64,000 nucleotides of DNA from Eledone cirrhosa (GCA_964016885.1 OZ024741.1:200632001-200696000); one strand, 5' to 3'; positions 1 through 14,984 are shown, numbered from the stretch's first letter. Numbers and translations are program-made. The notes: a model not told the origin generated them from the sequence alone.

Positions 1-988
1 TTTCTCTTACGCAAACCATAAATTTATCATAATCCAAATTTCCTACTTTGATGATAGTTTATATATCTAGTTTCCCTGGTATATATATAGCATACCAATC
101 CTGTACTCCAAAACTTAAATACATTCAACTATAGTGTCGTCATTATTGACGGCACTGGTCTACTATTTTTCAATAGAATATATTTTATCTGCGACCGTTC
201 AACCAAGTTTAGTTTACTGTATAATCAAAATATGTATCTTGCTTCATCGCTATCAGCCCACTCGTTTTTCGACTCGTTTCTTTTTTCCCTGAAATATTCA
301 AATCAAAAGAGTTATCATGTGTCATGTTAAATAACATTATCTCAGCTAAATCAAACAATCAATTCTATTGCAGTTCTGCAATCTGTTCAATTCAAGCTAT
401 TCCCGTGGAGAGTGAAACCAAATTCCTAATTTATTTCATGTTTTCTACAGATAGATAGATTCGACTCCAATTTCATTAGTATTTTGTTTCAATTGTTTCA
501 GATATCTCTGCCAACTCGCTCCGTCCGGACACTCTCAATTATTCGCATATTACATTACCTGGCGCATTTTAAAACACTACATACATACACACATACACGC
601 ACACAAGCACACACACACACATGATCATAGTTTATGGGAGGGCAACATAAGGAGTAAAGTGAGATTTAATATTTAATGGCAGTGTTCGGCAATACAGACA
701 CACACAACAACAAAAACAACAACATTTATTTACAGAACCAAAACAATAAACTGTCAACTTGGTGGTGGTGATGGAGATAATGAGGACTTTGTGAATAAAT
801 GTATGTATGTATAAAATCCTTAACTCCTGATGGAGTCGTAGGGACGCCGTCATTACATACAGCGTAGGATTAAATACTTTAACATGGTGCTGAGAATCTT
901 GGATTCATCTGGGAATGTTGATTCACCCAGAATAGTCTCAGTTCAACGATTGATACCAGTAATAACAGAAAAAGAATGTTTCTACTGT

Positions 989-1165
989 ACGTATGTGGAC
1001 CCGTAACTCCCAATGAAATCGTAGGGACCCCGTCGCAACATACTTGGGCACTTTAAAACTGGGAAGAGATGGGCTCCACAAGGTTTTAAATGCCCAAAGA
1101 GACCCTGCGGTGTAAGTCACTAGCGTGCCTCTATGGTTTCATTAGGAGTTACGGGTTCATACGTA
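989..1165. repeat. Diverged short inverted-repeat (MITE-like) element
   Basis: tacgtatgtggacccgtaactcccaatgaaatcgtaggg (~989-1027) is imperfectly reverse-complemented at ~1128-1165; a related direct copy lies at ~815-860. Confidence 0.45.
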
Positions 1166-1582
1166 ATGGCTGCGTCTTGGTTTAGAGAACTTCCATCTCT
1201 TGCCCCTTTTCTCATACATGGGGGGCAGGAACATGACTTTTTAGCCCTTCAAGGATCTAGATTCCTTTCTGCGTATGCTGCAGCGAACGAAAAAAGAAAA
1301 GGCCATGACCTCGCAACACATGTGAGAGTCATTTAAATTAAGTGATGCATGTGCTTGAAGCTTTTTTAAGTGAAGAAAGACCTTACACTGGACCAGTTCC
1401 ACTCTCTGAACACCGATGACAAGCCCCCCCCCCCCCTAAAAAAAGAACAAGTTAACATCATTGGCGACCATCCAGTCGCAAGTTTTACATCAGAGTTTTC
1501 CTTCTAGAATGATGTCCTAAGAACTTGGGGACTCTCACTCATGGTGGGCTACCACGCGTTCGGACACCAAAATACATACATA

Positions 1583-2341
1583 CAAAATTAAAAACGAATC
1601 AGAAGGAATATGTTGAGATAGATCGTATTAAAGAATACTGGTGGAACCTGAAAATAAAAACTGCCACCAAATTATAGTACAACCGGCCTGATATTGTTGT
1701 TTGGGACCACACATTGAAAACGTACTCTGTTGTAAAGATCAGCTGCCTATTTGATGTCAGCGTTGTAAGAAAAATACAAGAGCTGGAGAACATCTACGGA
1801 CCATTGATGAGGAGTTTGCAGATCCAGTATCCAAGATACATCTTCAGCTTCATACCCATCATTATTGGAGCTAAGGGCGGTGGATTGGCAGTATCGGTAG
1901 AGGGTCGGGCGCAATGCTTTGAAGCATAGAGTTACCTCCCTTTATGATCTGAGTTCAAATCCCGCCGAGGTTAACTTTGCTTTTCATCCTTACGGGGTCG
2001 ATAAAATAAAGTACCAGTAATGCACTGGGATAATTGCCGGCCTTGTGCCAAAAGTAGAAACAATTATTGGAGCTACAGGTTATATACCAACCCGCTTGGA
2101 CCAAAGGTTCAAGCGGGTTGGTATATAACCTGTAGCATGTATAACTGAACTTGAATTTGTGGAGAAAGAGCGCAGCTCCCTAATTCAAAGACTACAAATG
2201 GCTGCGATAGCTGGCACCTTCAAAATTTGCAAAACATTCTTGCGATTCAATGGATGACCATTTCTTTCCTTTTACAGCCTTGCCAACAGGAAGGTGGGCG
2301 GTCAAAAATGTACTAGAAATTAAGAGAAAAAGAAAGAGAAA
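1583..2341 (+). mobile_element. 3' fragment of R4/Dong-like non-LTR retrotransposon (restriction-like endonuclease domain), interrupted by a SINE
   Basis: Translates to KEYWWNLKIKT..YNRPDIVVWD..ENIYGPLMRSLQIQYPRY.FSFIPIIIGA/TGYIPTRL..LQMAAIAGTFKICKTFLRF; RPDIV is the RLE motif; catacataca repeats on both sides. Confidence 0.75.
1874..2062 (+). mobile_element. tRNA-derived SINE (Deu/Nin-like core), family A
   Basis: A-box tggcagtatcgg, B-box gagttcaaatcc, core gcttttcatccttacggggtcgataaaataaagtaccag; 13-bp TSD attattggagcta (1861-1873 and 2063-2075). Confidence 0.9.
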
Positions 2342-2829
2342 CATACATACAATTTTAGGCGTTGTGCTGTTTTCATAATTGTCGTTAGATCGCTTCATAT
2401 AACAGATTATTGTGCAAATGCACAGTTAACAGTTGTAAGTAAACGGGGTGCTAAAAATTCCGAACATTTACTTGATGTTTAACCCCAGATCATCCTTGAT
2501 CGTGAAGAATTGTGTTATTTGTGCAGATGGTCGAATAAGTCAGTATGACACATTGTTCCAGATATACTAAACTTCTGGCTAATCTAGGATTGTATTGTAC
2601 ACGTTAACATATAGTGGGTTTTCTGAAATGGGTGTTACAACATTCATCGTGCGGATTAAAGAGGTTCCAGCCATGATCATCCCGTCTTTTCGTAAATTAG
2701 GGATTCAGATTATGTAATTTTTCCTTCCTTTTTTAAATTTTGCCCATTTTCATTCAATTCTTCTGTCGCCCACTAAGATACTCTGAAATGAAAGTTTTAA
2801 GATATTCTATACATGTTAGAATAGATAAT

Positions 2830-3008
2830 TGTTTCTACTTTTGGCACAAGGCCAGCAATTACCCAGTACATTACTGGTACTTTATTTTATCGACCCCGTA
2901 AGGATGAAAGGCAAAGTTAACCTCGGCAGGATTTGAACTCAGAACATAAAGGGACGTAACTATGCTGGCAAGCATCTCCGACCCTCTACCGATACTGCCA
3001 ATTCACCG
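2830..3008 (-). mobile_element. SINE family A
   Basis: Same consensus on the minus strand; 18-bp TSD catgttagaatagataat (2812-2829 and 3009-3026). Confidence 0.9.
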
Positions 3009-3691
3009 CATGTTAGAATAGATAATGCTTGTTTGTTAGTTACATTCTATTGGTTGTAGTTTATCTCTAGACCAAAGACGGTCGATTTGGCAGAGTCGTT
3101 ACAGCGTTGACTCTTTGTACTGAATATGTCCTTTCTATTTTCAAATCAGAAGTAGCGTTTTGTTCAGTTTTCACCAGCATTTCTTTGTTCGAAGGCAGCT
3201 GATGATGTAGTGTCACAAGCTGATCGACATAAATGGGTACTTGTGTTAGCACTCCTGTGTATTTCACATAGTTTTGCTTTGTGCGATTGTTTTAAATCTA
3301 CCCCAAATTATGTTACAGATTTCTATATCCTAAAATATTGTAAACTATTTATTGAGCATTTTTGTGGCAGTGAGTCAGAGTAGACTAACCAGGCTCAGCT
3401 ATCTAAGTAAACGGGTGAGAATAACACTAGTCTTTCAAGATTTTGTATCCATCGTCAGTTACGTTTGTTTACTCGGTACTAAGATAAGAATAAGGTAGAG
3501 GTTACATACCTTTTACGTATGAAACAAATACATTAGCATATAGTGCGTACTTGACTGGTTGGGATCAATTAGCAGAAGCATTAACATGATTACAGCGCAA
3601 TACACTCATAGAGAAACTTATGTATATTTATTATACATAAGTATATCGTATAGAGCTTTATATACACTACGATTATCAATATATATATATA

Positions 3692-3726
<35 letters not shown>

Positions 3727-3811
3727 TGGTAAAAGGGAAAGAAAATGCTGACAAATTGTTCCCAGTGAAAAATAGTTTAATTAGGAATAAGTAAAAATTA
3801 GTAATAAGTAT

Positions 3812-3860
<49 letters not shown>

Positions 3861-3991
3861 GATAAATCTACCAAGAGTTTACGGTAGTGTCCAATCCGTA
3901 TGAAGAACTCAATGTAATCCGGATATCATGGAAAGAAGAGATGCAATGAAAAATCACTTTCGGTGAAAGATAAACGGAATACAGAGTCAAG

Positions 3992-4781
3992 ATAAAATAT
4001 TAAAAAAATAATGAATAAAACAATGAAACAGTTCCTTATATTAAACAAAAAAAGTTCATTATTTAACGATCGTTTCTAGGATATATATGTGTTAGAATTG
4101 GCATTCATATTCAACAGATCTATGTACAAAATTATACAAAATTATACAAACTATCAAAATTAAATATACATACCAACACATATATATGCCGTCTTCAGAA
4201 ATAATGAAATATATTTATTGATAATAACAACAATTCAAAATTACAGGTCTGTTTGGGAACAGAGTTCAAATTGACCAATGAAAACACAAAAAGTTTATAC
4301 AGTTAGGTGTGTGTATATATGTAAGTAACTTCGTTCACAGATATGCATAAAAATATATGTTCACATGCATACGCATGCCGAAAAGATGTATGTAAATACA
4401 AAAATTCAAGGCTAATGTCTCTGTATGTTTATAATCTACAGATAAAATACGTATATGCATATAAACATATAAATATAAAAATAAATATATACACACACAT
4501 TCATATACTCACACATATACGTACATTCACACACACACGCGCGTATACGCATAAACATACACACAACCACGAACATACATTCACACACACACCCCCACAC
4601 ACATATATGTGTATATATTATTATCATAAGCATATGGACATTAATGCGCGCACATAAACACTGCCACACATATTTAGATCCAGATACAGAAAGTAGGTGG
4701 GGGGGGGAAGAGGTCAGTATTTAGCGGTGTCAGCAAACTGCCTATTTATAAATGTATCTATAAATTTAGAAATAAAAAGAA
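3992..4781 (-). repeat. Inverted copy of the PLE 3' pseudo-LTR
   Basis: Reverse complement of 9451-10238; only a short G-run differs visibly. Confidence 0.95.
4055..4208 (-). ncRNA. Type I hammerhead ribozyme with long stem II (mirror of 10022-10175)
   Basis: Minus strand: ttcattattt-CTGAAGA-long stem II-GAAA-CGATCG-TT-aaataatgaa. Confidence 0.85.
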
Positions 4782-6465
4782 TTGATATAGATAATTACTA
4801 TTCTTCTATATCACCTATACTCCTGAACAAAGCATTGATATTTGCTAAAAATAGATCTAACTTAACTTTGGATGACATTAATATTATTACACATGCTAGA
4901 CTAACACTTATTGAATTTCAGAATGAATACTGGACCAGAAACACATATAGTAATCTATTTGATATTACTATGGGTTCAAGCGATTCCGCCCAAATTACTG
5001 ATCTTGTGGGCCTCTTTCTCCTTTTCAACATAAATGCCTCCTTTCCCCACCTTAAATGTGGTTTATATCGTGATGACTGTCTTCTTCTTTCCAACAACCT
5101 TAGTCTTTCAGAAATAGAAAAAAACAAAAAGCATATTAGAACTTTCCTTAAAGACTATTATAGTCTTCATATTACTTTTGAAAAAACAAGTAAAGTAGTA
5201 AATTTCCTAGATATAACTTTAGACTTAGCTACGGGTATCTACCAACCTTACCATAAACCCAACCAAAACTTACACTACATACACTCACAATCTAATCACC
5301 CTAAATCTATCCTTAAAAACCTTGCATATAATATATCACTTAGAATTTCTAACCTTTCTTCTAACCAAGATGTATTTGATAAAAATGCGACCTTCTATAA
5401 CGAAGCTCTAGATAGAAGTGGCCACAAAAATAGATTAGAATATATACCTTCTACTAAAAATACTATAAACATACAACCTAATATTACCAACAAACACCAA
5501 ATGAAAAGTACACACCTAAATGCCACCCACACTATACCCCAAAATACCAACAACTCTTCTAATATAAAGTATAGTAACTCTCAAAAAACTACTCATCATA
5601 CAACTCTAATAAATGTTAATAATAAAACTCCTAATAAACAAGATAAAACACCTAAATCTACAAATCTAACTAAAAATGTGCGTGGTGAGATCATTAACAT
5701 TAATCCTCCTAGTAAACATCACGATACAACCTATAAAAATAATAAACAACATAGAAACCGTAATAGACGAGTTACTTGGTATAATGCTCCATTTAATTTA
5801 CAAATTAAGGATAATATTGCTAAAAAAATTTTTATATCCTAGAGAAAAACTTCCCGCCAAACCACAAATACCATCAAATCTTAAATAGGTCTACAGTTAA
5901 ATTCTCATACTCAACAACAAATAACATAAAACAAAATATAAGTGCCTATAATGCATATAAATGTAAGAATACCATAAGTATACCACCAATACATCAAACT
6001 AACCATAATATCTCCTCAAATACAGAATTAACGAAAGGTTGTAACTGTAGAAACAAAGTAAACTGCCCATTAAAAGGAAATTGTCTTGTTAACAACATAG
6101 TTTATAAATGTAATGTTAAAACTAAAGATTCTATTTGCTCATATATAGGAGCTACTTCTAACAATTTTAAGGTAAGGTTTAATACCCACAAACACAGTTT
6201 TAAAAATGCCGCACTGGCTAATACAACATCTCTAGCAGAAAAAATCAATAGTTATAAAAATAAGAATATAGAATATGATATGAGCTGGAGTGTGCTCAAA
6301 AGAGCCACCCCTTATCAAAATAATAGAAATGAATGTAGATTATGTTCCCAAGAACTATTTGAAATAATGAAATCTAAGGATATCCTATTAAATAAACGAC
6401 AGGAATTAATTATATCGTGTAATCATAAACTAAGAAAAACATTTAAATATTATAAACCTAATTAA
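4782..6465 (+). pseudogene. PLE reverse transcriptase (5'-truncated) plus GIY-YIG endonuclease, one frameshift at ~5822-5840
   Basis: DIDNYYSSI, FDITMGSSDSAQITDLVG, GLYRDD, VNFLDITL, YIHSQSNHP; after the shift an open frame reads LEKNFPPNHKY..CNCRNKVNCPLKGNC..IVYKC..SYIGATSNNFKVRF..H..ECRLCSQE to the stop at 6465. Confidence 0.9.
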
Positions 6466-7380
6466 TAACATTATTTTAGAAATTAATATATAATTTAATT
6501 TAAATGTTAGTTAACCTATAAATTTAATTTAATTAAAATTCTACTACAGATGAGATTATAAAATATTGTGTAATCATAAATTGTGAAAAACTTTTAAATA
6601 TTACTAATATATACTTCGTAAATTAATTTATAGATTAATTTTAATTTATTTAACCTTTTATTAAAATTCCTTTACAGATAAAATATAACAAAATATCGTG
6701 TATTCAATGACAGAGAAATAATTTTTAATATTATAGACCTAATTAATGTATATTTTAGAAATATATTTATAATTTGGTTTTAAATTTGTTTAACCTAAAA
6801 ATTTAATTTAATTGGCTTAAAATTAATATCCTAATACAGATGGATTGCAGAGTGTCATGTAATCATAGACTGAGATAGGTTTTGGATGTATACCTAGTTA
6901 ATATATTCTTTGCAATTTTTGAAAAAATATGTATATGTATGTATATATATATGTATATGTATGTATATATATATATGTATATGTATATATATATGTGTAT
7001 GTATTAATTTTAATTTCTGTTTACCTATAATTATATTCTACTATAGATAAAATACAATATCTGTTTTAATTATTATAAACCAAATTAACATATACTATAG
7101 AAATTAATATATAATTTTTAATTTAGTTAACCTATAATTTATATTCTACTACCGATGTAACACTTTATTTGTTTTTTTCCCTATTACTAAATTAATTTCC
7201 TAATATTGATACCATAACGTTAATAATTTTAATTTAGTTATACTATAATTAATACTCTACTACTATTTAACTTCAAAATTCCGCTTCAAATATTATAAAC
7301 CTAAGTAGTATACACCTTAGAAATCAATATATTAACTATCTTTAATTTAGTTAACCTATAATTAATAGTCTACTTATATT
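6414..7380 (+). repeat. Diverged tandem array (~7 units of 110-150 bp) derived from the ORF end and 3' UTR
   Basis: Recurring tattataaacctaattaa..agaaattaatatataattt..ttagttaacctataa..ctac at about 6450, 6600, 6730, 6890, 7070, 7185 and 7290. Confidence 0.7.
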
Positions 7381-7539
7381 AAAATGCATAATTTTGCCTT
7401 CTTTCTTACATTTCCTAATACTGAAACTACTATGTAAACACATATTATGATCTAAATGCAGATTAATATTCTATGTTTCTTGAAACCTATATTTACTATA
7501 ATCCCCCCCCCTTCCCCCCCTATTATTATTTGTATTTGT

Positions 7540-9427
<1,888 letters not shown>

Positions 9428-9450
9428 CTTAATATATTTCTTTTTTCTTT

Positions 9451-10238
9451 TTCTTTTTATTTCTAAATTTATAGATACATTTATAAATAGGCAGTTTGCT
9501 GACACCGCTAAATACTGACCTCTCCCCCCCCACCTACTTTCTGTATCTGGATCTAAATATGTGTGGCAGTGTTTATGTGCGCGCATTAATGTCCATATGC
9601 TTATGATAATAATATATACACATATATGTGTGTGGGGGTGTGTGTGTGAATGTATGTTCGTGGTTGTGTGTATGTTTATGCGTATACGCGCGTGTGTGTG
9701 TGAATGTACGTATATGTGTGAGTATATGAATGTGTGTGTATATATTTATTTTTATATTTATATGTTTATATGCATATACGTATTTTATCTGTAGATTATA
9801 AACATACAGAGACATTAGCCTTGAATTTTTGTATTTACATACATCTTTTCGGCATGCGTATGCATGTGAACATATATTTTTATGCATATCTGTGAACGAA
9901 GTTACTTACATATATACACACACCTAACTGTATAAACTTTTTGTGTTTTCATTGGTCAATTTGAACTCTGTTCCCAAACAGACCTGTAATTTTGAATTGT
10001 TGTTATTATCAATAAATATATTTCATTATTTCTGAAGACGGCATATATATGTGTTGGTATGTATATTTAATTTTGATAGTTTGTATAATTTTGTATAATT
10101 TTGTACATAGATCTGTTGAATATGAATGCCAATTCTAACACATATATATCCTAGAAACGATCGTTAAATAATGAACTTTTTTTGTTTAATATAAGGAACT
10201 GTTTCATTGTTTTATTCATTATTTTTTTAATATTTTAT
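9451..10238 (+). repeat. PLE 3' pseudo-LTR
   Basis: Inverted partner of 3992-4781; contains an HHR; ends in (TA)n. Confidence 0.9.
10022..10175 (+). ncRNA. Type I hammerhead ribozyme with ~115-nt stem II
   Basis: Perfect 10-bp stem I ttcattattt/aaataatgaa; CTGAAGA 10032-10038; stem II atatatatgtgttgg/ctaacacatatatat; GAAA 10154, CGATCG, TT. Confidence 0.85.
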
Positions 10239-10272
10239 ATATATATATATATATATAAAAAAATATATATAT

Positions 10273-10383
<111 letters not shown>

Positions 10384-10384
10384 A

Positions 10385-11056
10385 AATATGGGAAAAGCAA
10401 ATAAGTTGCAAACTGTCAAAACTCACGAGTGATAGCGTACAACCCTTCCCAAGTTCCTTCAGCTATGTGTAGCAAGAATCCAGCTTCCATTATGGTCTTT
10501 TGGAGCTGTTGCAAGTGATGGGAAATTTGATGCCTCCTCATTTTATTGAAGCGTGTCATAAATCAACACAGCAGAGTATCTCAAAACCTTACAAAAAGTT
10601 GTGTTGCCTTAGATTTGGAAGAATCATAATGCAAGTCAATTCATGTTTGTACAGGACTCTGCGCCCGCCCATCCATTCTCCAAAGAGTGAAGGAATTTTT
10701 TGAAGAAGGAATTGCTCATTTTTGTCCCTAAAGATATCTGGCCCTCTAGCTCACTTGATTTGAATCCGTGTGGTTTTGGGCTATGGGGAGCAGTTGCAGC
10801 AATATCCAACACAACTTCTCACATCTGTGTGTCTTCACTGATGGCTTCGATCAAGCAAGCATTCGGTAAAATTAAAAAGGAAGAAATATTTAAGGCATGC
10901 GCCTCATTCGTAAACGGATTGAACTGGTAAAGAAGCAAATGGCAGTCACATTGAACTGATATAAGTGCTAAACACTCCACAATAAATTGGCAGTGTTTGA
11001 CTTTTCCGACTTATACCAATTATAATAAAGTTATTTAAATGGTCCCAATTTACCTG

Positions 11057-11060
<4 letters not shown>
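10385..11060 (+). mobile_element. Degenerate Tc1/mariner-superfamily (maT/Tc1-like) transposase fragment
   Basis: FVQDSAPAH-like segment and DIWPSSSLDLNPCGFGLWG (WPPxSPDLNP motif); frameshifted. Confidence 0.75.
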
Positions 11061-11120
<60 letters not shown>

Positions 11121-11167
11121 GTGTGTGTGTTTAAATATATATTAGGTATTAATTTAACAATGATAAT

Positions 11168-11353
11168 TGTTTCTACTTTTGGCACAAGGCCAGCAATCAC
11201 CCAGTGTATTACTGGTACTTTATTTTATCGACCCCATAAGGATGAAAGGCAAAGTTAACCTCGGCGGGATTTGAACTCAGAATGGCAAGGGCCATAACTC
11301 TATTCGTCAAAGCATGGCGTCCGACCCTCTACCGATACTGCCAATCCACTGCC
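11168..11353 (-). mobile_element. SINE family A
   Basis: Consensus match; TSD aatttaacaatgataat (11151-11167 and 11354-11370). Confidence 0.9.
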
Positions 11354-11381
11354 AATTTAACAATGATAATGATAACAACAA

Positions 11382-11745
11382 AGGTTCGATCAGACCGTCT
11401 TCTTCGGAAACAATCCGGAAATATTGTTTCCAAAGAAGGCGGTCTGATCGAACCTATATATGAAGTCTGATAATATACAGTTATGTAACTGCTATAGATC
11501 AGTCAATATGTCAATATGATCAACCCTCCGAAACGATCGTAAATCAATGATAGGAATAGGTTAAATAACTCGACTTTGTTGTTATAGTTTTCACCTAATA
11601 TCTGATTATATATCTAAGGAATTAACTCGGCGGAACACGGAACATTTCTATGGATTTCACTAGATTACTCACCATCAGATTACATTGAGTTCTATCTACG
11701 GTATGGACCCTACCATCAAGGGTAGACCACATTGAAATACATACA
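11382..11745 (+). mobile_element. Fold-back PLE remnant with degenerate HHR and Naiad-like tail
   Basis: Palindrome 11382-11455; CTGATAA(11467)...GAAACGATCGTA(11530); tail 11678-11725 resembles the reverse complement of 3867-3920. Confidence 0.6.
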
Positions 11746-11842
11746 CATATATATATATATAGACATATAGACACACATATACATATATATATATATATAT
11801 ATATAATTCACAAGAATCAAAGCTATGTTCAAAGCATTTATT

Positions 11843-11889
11843 CACTTACAATTGTTTCATCCAAACCTAGGCTTGGTGTCTTCGGAGCA
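11843..11889 (-). ncRNA. Hammerhead-like motif (U4C core variant)
   Basis: Minus strand: tgct-CCGAAGA-caccaagcctaggtttggat-GAAA-CAATTG-TA-agtg. Confidence 0.55.
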
Positions 11890-12254
11890 TTTTTCAATGT
11901 TTGTACATATAATTGACTTCCTATACAACGCAGGAGATATACAGATACATATATATATATATATATTAATGTACAGTCGAGTGACATATATTATACTATA
12001 CTATATTTGTACAGCAATTCAAATTTAAAATCAAAATCAAAAATTAAAATTAAAATTAAAATACATGCGGCAGATAACACAGATAATGTAAGGGGATAGT
12101 TTAATAATCAGATCTAGTAGACAGTGTATGCGTTAGTCACACATGGAGCATGCAAGTGTATCTCATTTACATTGAGCTATTTATCTTACGGGTAATAAGG
12201 TAGTAATAAATTACTGTTTATAGTTTAAAATATACATAACTATAAATAGTATCC

Positions 12255-12331
<77 letters not shown>

Positions 12332-12470
12332 TAAAATCTGCCTCGGGTCCGGAGGCTTATCAGACCGGTGCTTAAGCCGGTTTCCATGGCGTTGAGCGTG
12401 AGAGGCCACGCGCCTCCCTTATATATAATAAAATACCAGGAGGCTGGACTTGTGTAAATCCTTGAAAAGT

Positions 12471-12547
12471 TTATTATACTATGATCATTTCAATGACCGG
12501 GTTCCGTATGAATCCGGTGATATCATCAGGTATTCGAAATATAATAA
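12471..12547 (-). ncRNA. Type I hammerhead ribozyme
   Basis: Minus strand: ttattat..atac-CTGATGA-tatcaccggattcatacggaacccggtcatt-GAAA-TGATCA-TA-gtataataa. Confidence 0.75.
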
Positions 12548-13535
12548 ATGAATGTAACAGATAAAATCCATGGGGCTGAAAATCAGCGACAAAAGGACGA
12601 CCGACCATCTAGCATCTTCCACTTTAGCCGGTCGCCCTCAAGTGCTGCCCATTCGGCCTACTTAAGGCTATCTGGTGAGGGGGCTAAAGCTTATAGTGTG
12701 CTACTAGCCTCCCGGTCAAAGAGAAGAAAAACAGAAAGGAAGAAGAAAAGTCAGCGTTAATGTCATGCTACAAGAAAAAAGACAGAAAGAAAGAAAGAGG
12801 AAGAAAAGTCAGCATTAATGCCATGCTACAGTCAGGCCAGGTATTGCCGCGAAAAAGGTTATTCTAAAGGACCCGTATCTTAACAGAGGTATATATTATA
12901 ACAGAGGTATATAGTGGGGTCTACATGGTATAATGTGTGAGCAGAAGATTGGAACGTTATATTTTTGTTTAGATTCTTTCTTTAACTAAACCTCGCAACC
13001 CAAAACCTTAACATTTTTTTAGACTTTAATTTTCAATTTTCTAATTTTTTAATTTTATAATGTTAATCTTTAATTTTTTTAACTTCATCCTATAAATCTA
13101 AACAAAATTTAACGTTCCAATCTTCTGCTCACACGTTCCAATCTTCTGCTCACCATGTAGACCCCCACTATATATACCTCTGTTATAATATATACCTCTG
13201 TTAAGATACGGGTCCTTTAGAATAACTTTTTTCGTGGCAATACCTGGCCTGACTGTAGCAGGACATTAATGCTGACTTTTCTTCTTCTTTCTTTCTGTCT
13301 TTTTTCTTGTAGCATAACATTAACGCTGACTTTTCTTCTTCTTCCTTTCTGTTTTACTTCTCTTTGACCGGGAGGTTAGTAGCACACTATAAGCTTTAGC
13401 CCCCTCACCAGATAGTCTTAAGTAGGCCGAATGGGCAGCACTTGAGGGCGACCGGCTAAAGTGGAAGATGCTAGATGGTCGGTCGTCCTCGGGTCTATGA
13501 TTTTCAGCCCCATGGATTTTATCTGTTACATTCAT

Positions 13536-13612
13536 TTATTATATTTCGAATACCTGATGATATCACCGGATTCATACAGAACCTAGTCATTGAAATGATC
13601 ATAGTATAATAA
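13536..13612 (+). ncRNA. Type I hammerhead ribozyme
   Basis: CTGATGA 13554-13560, GAAA 13592, palindromic TGATCA, TA, gtat pairing with atac. Confidence 0.7.
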
Positions 13613-13802
13613 ACCTTTCAAGGATTTACACAAGTCCAGCCTCCTGTTATTTTATTATAATATTTAACTCCGTACTCGCACCACCCACTACACAAACGAA
13701 GACGGTTGAGCTGCTTTACGTTGAGTACTCTCCATATTATTACATCAAGATTGACCATACGGAATTGACCAGCTCTATCCAGTGGTGAACCTTCAAACCT
13801 AA

Positions 13803-13850
<48 letters not shown>

Positions 13851-13852
<2 letters not shown>

Positions 13853-14112
13853 GTCAGCTCAAATGTGACACAGAGGAGACTGAGGTTAGCTGGACATGCT
13901 CACCGACATCCAGAGTTGACATTGCACTCAGTGCTCCTGTGGGAGCCCCTACATGGACACACTGGAAGAGGAAGACCAAGGTTAATGTATGTTGATGTCC
14001 TAAGGACAGACACTGGTCTGTTGGAGACGCAGGACATGGCAGCGATAATGAGGGACAGAGACCGCTGGAGAGAACTCGTCCATGGATCTCGGGAATTTTA
14101 CCCACCCTAGGT
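13851..14112 (+). mobile_element. RTE-like LINE 3' fragment
   Basis: [36 protein letters not shown] is typical of an RTE-clade C-terminus. Confidence 0.7.
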
Positions 14113-14204
14113 ATATATATATATACATATATACATATATACATATATATATACATACATATATATATATATATATATACATACACACATATATATATAC
14201 ATGC

Positions 14205-14235
<31 letters not shown>

Positions 14236-14984
14236 ATTCATACAACCATACATATCTATGGTGGGGTGGGTATTTCTTAACCTTTAGTACATATCACTAG
14301 AATGCTGTTGCAGGAAATATCCTGCAGTAATCGCATTAACAGTTTGGATAGTAAATTGATTGCTCACTACCAGCATCCACCGTAAGTTAGAAAGGACGTG
14401 CTTGAACGGTTCCGCCTAGAAATCGAGACCAGATCGCGGATATCTACTACACTCATTAATTATATATGATGTAAACTTCTAATTCAAAGTTGGTATCAAG
14501 CTGTGGGTATAGATTCCAGCTGAAAACACTGAAAATATCTCACAGTGGTATGACTTAATGAAAAACCTTTTATCATTTTACTTCCGTTTCAAGCCATCAA
14601 TATAAAATAAACACCACCTTGCTCATATATGGCATTTTTCTTTCCATTGCTCATTCATGATTTGTAGGCAGACTTGTATTTACGAGTATTTTTAGTTTTC
14701 CTTCTTTGTCATTAGTTATTATTCATTTCCTGTGACCGGATATAAACTTTTTCTCAGCTGTAGGTCCTAACTTAGACGAGATTGTTACAGGCTGTTGTTT
14801 TCTGTATCAATATTTGCAGTTGAGGCGAGCGTTGTAGAACGAGAGGTGCACTACCAGTACATTGAGTCTGGGAAATAGTTTCGCTCCCCGTTGGAAACTG
14901 TTTCATTTCCTTTACGTCGTTAATAATTTAAGCAAAATCATAATAATCAGTATGCCATCTTTTATAGCTTCATTCGCAATAATA

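Larger units (their letters stand above)
12424..13805. mobile_element. 1.2-kb non-coding inverted-repeat element with an HHR in each arm and a 3' tail
   Basis: Arms ~12424-12985 and ~13095-13659 are highly similar reverse complements; tail to ~13805, then (TA)n; related ends at 61165-61310 and 62443-62550. Confidence 0.85.

Noticed and set aside
4697-4781. N-terminus MGGGRGQY.. of the 381-aa ORF as a true start
   Set aside because: It lies in the inverted pLTR arm fused by chance to a 5'-truncated RT
5815-5845. Programmed -1 frameshift or selenocysteine recoding in the Naiad ORF
   Set aside because: No in-frame X XXY YYZ slippery heptamer and no in-frame TGA; a homopolymer indel or assembly error is simpler
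12548-13535. Duplicated 70-aa ORFs on opposite strands
   Set aside because: Explained by the inverted repeat; no recognisable domain
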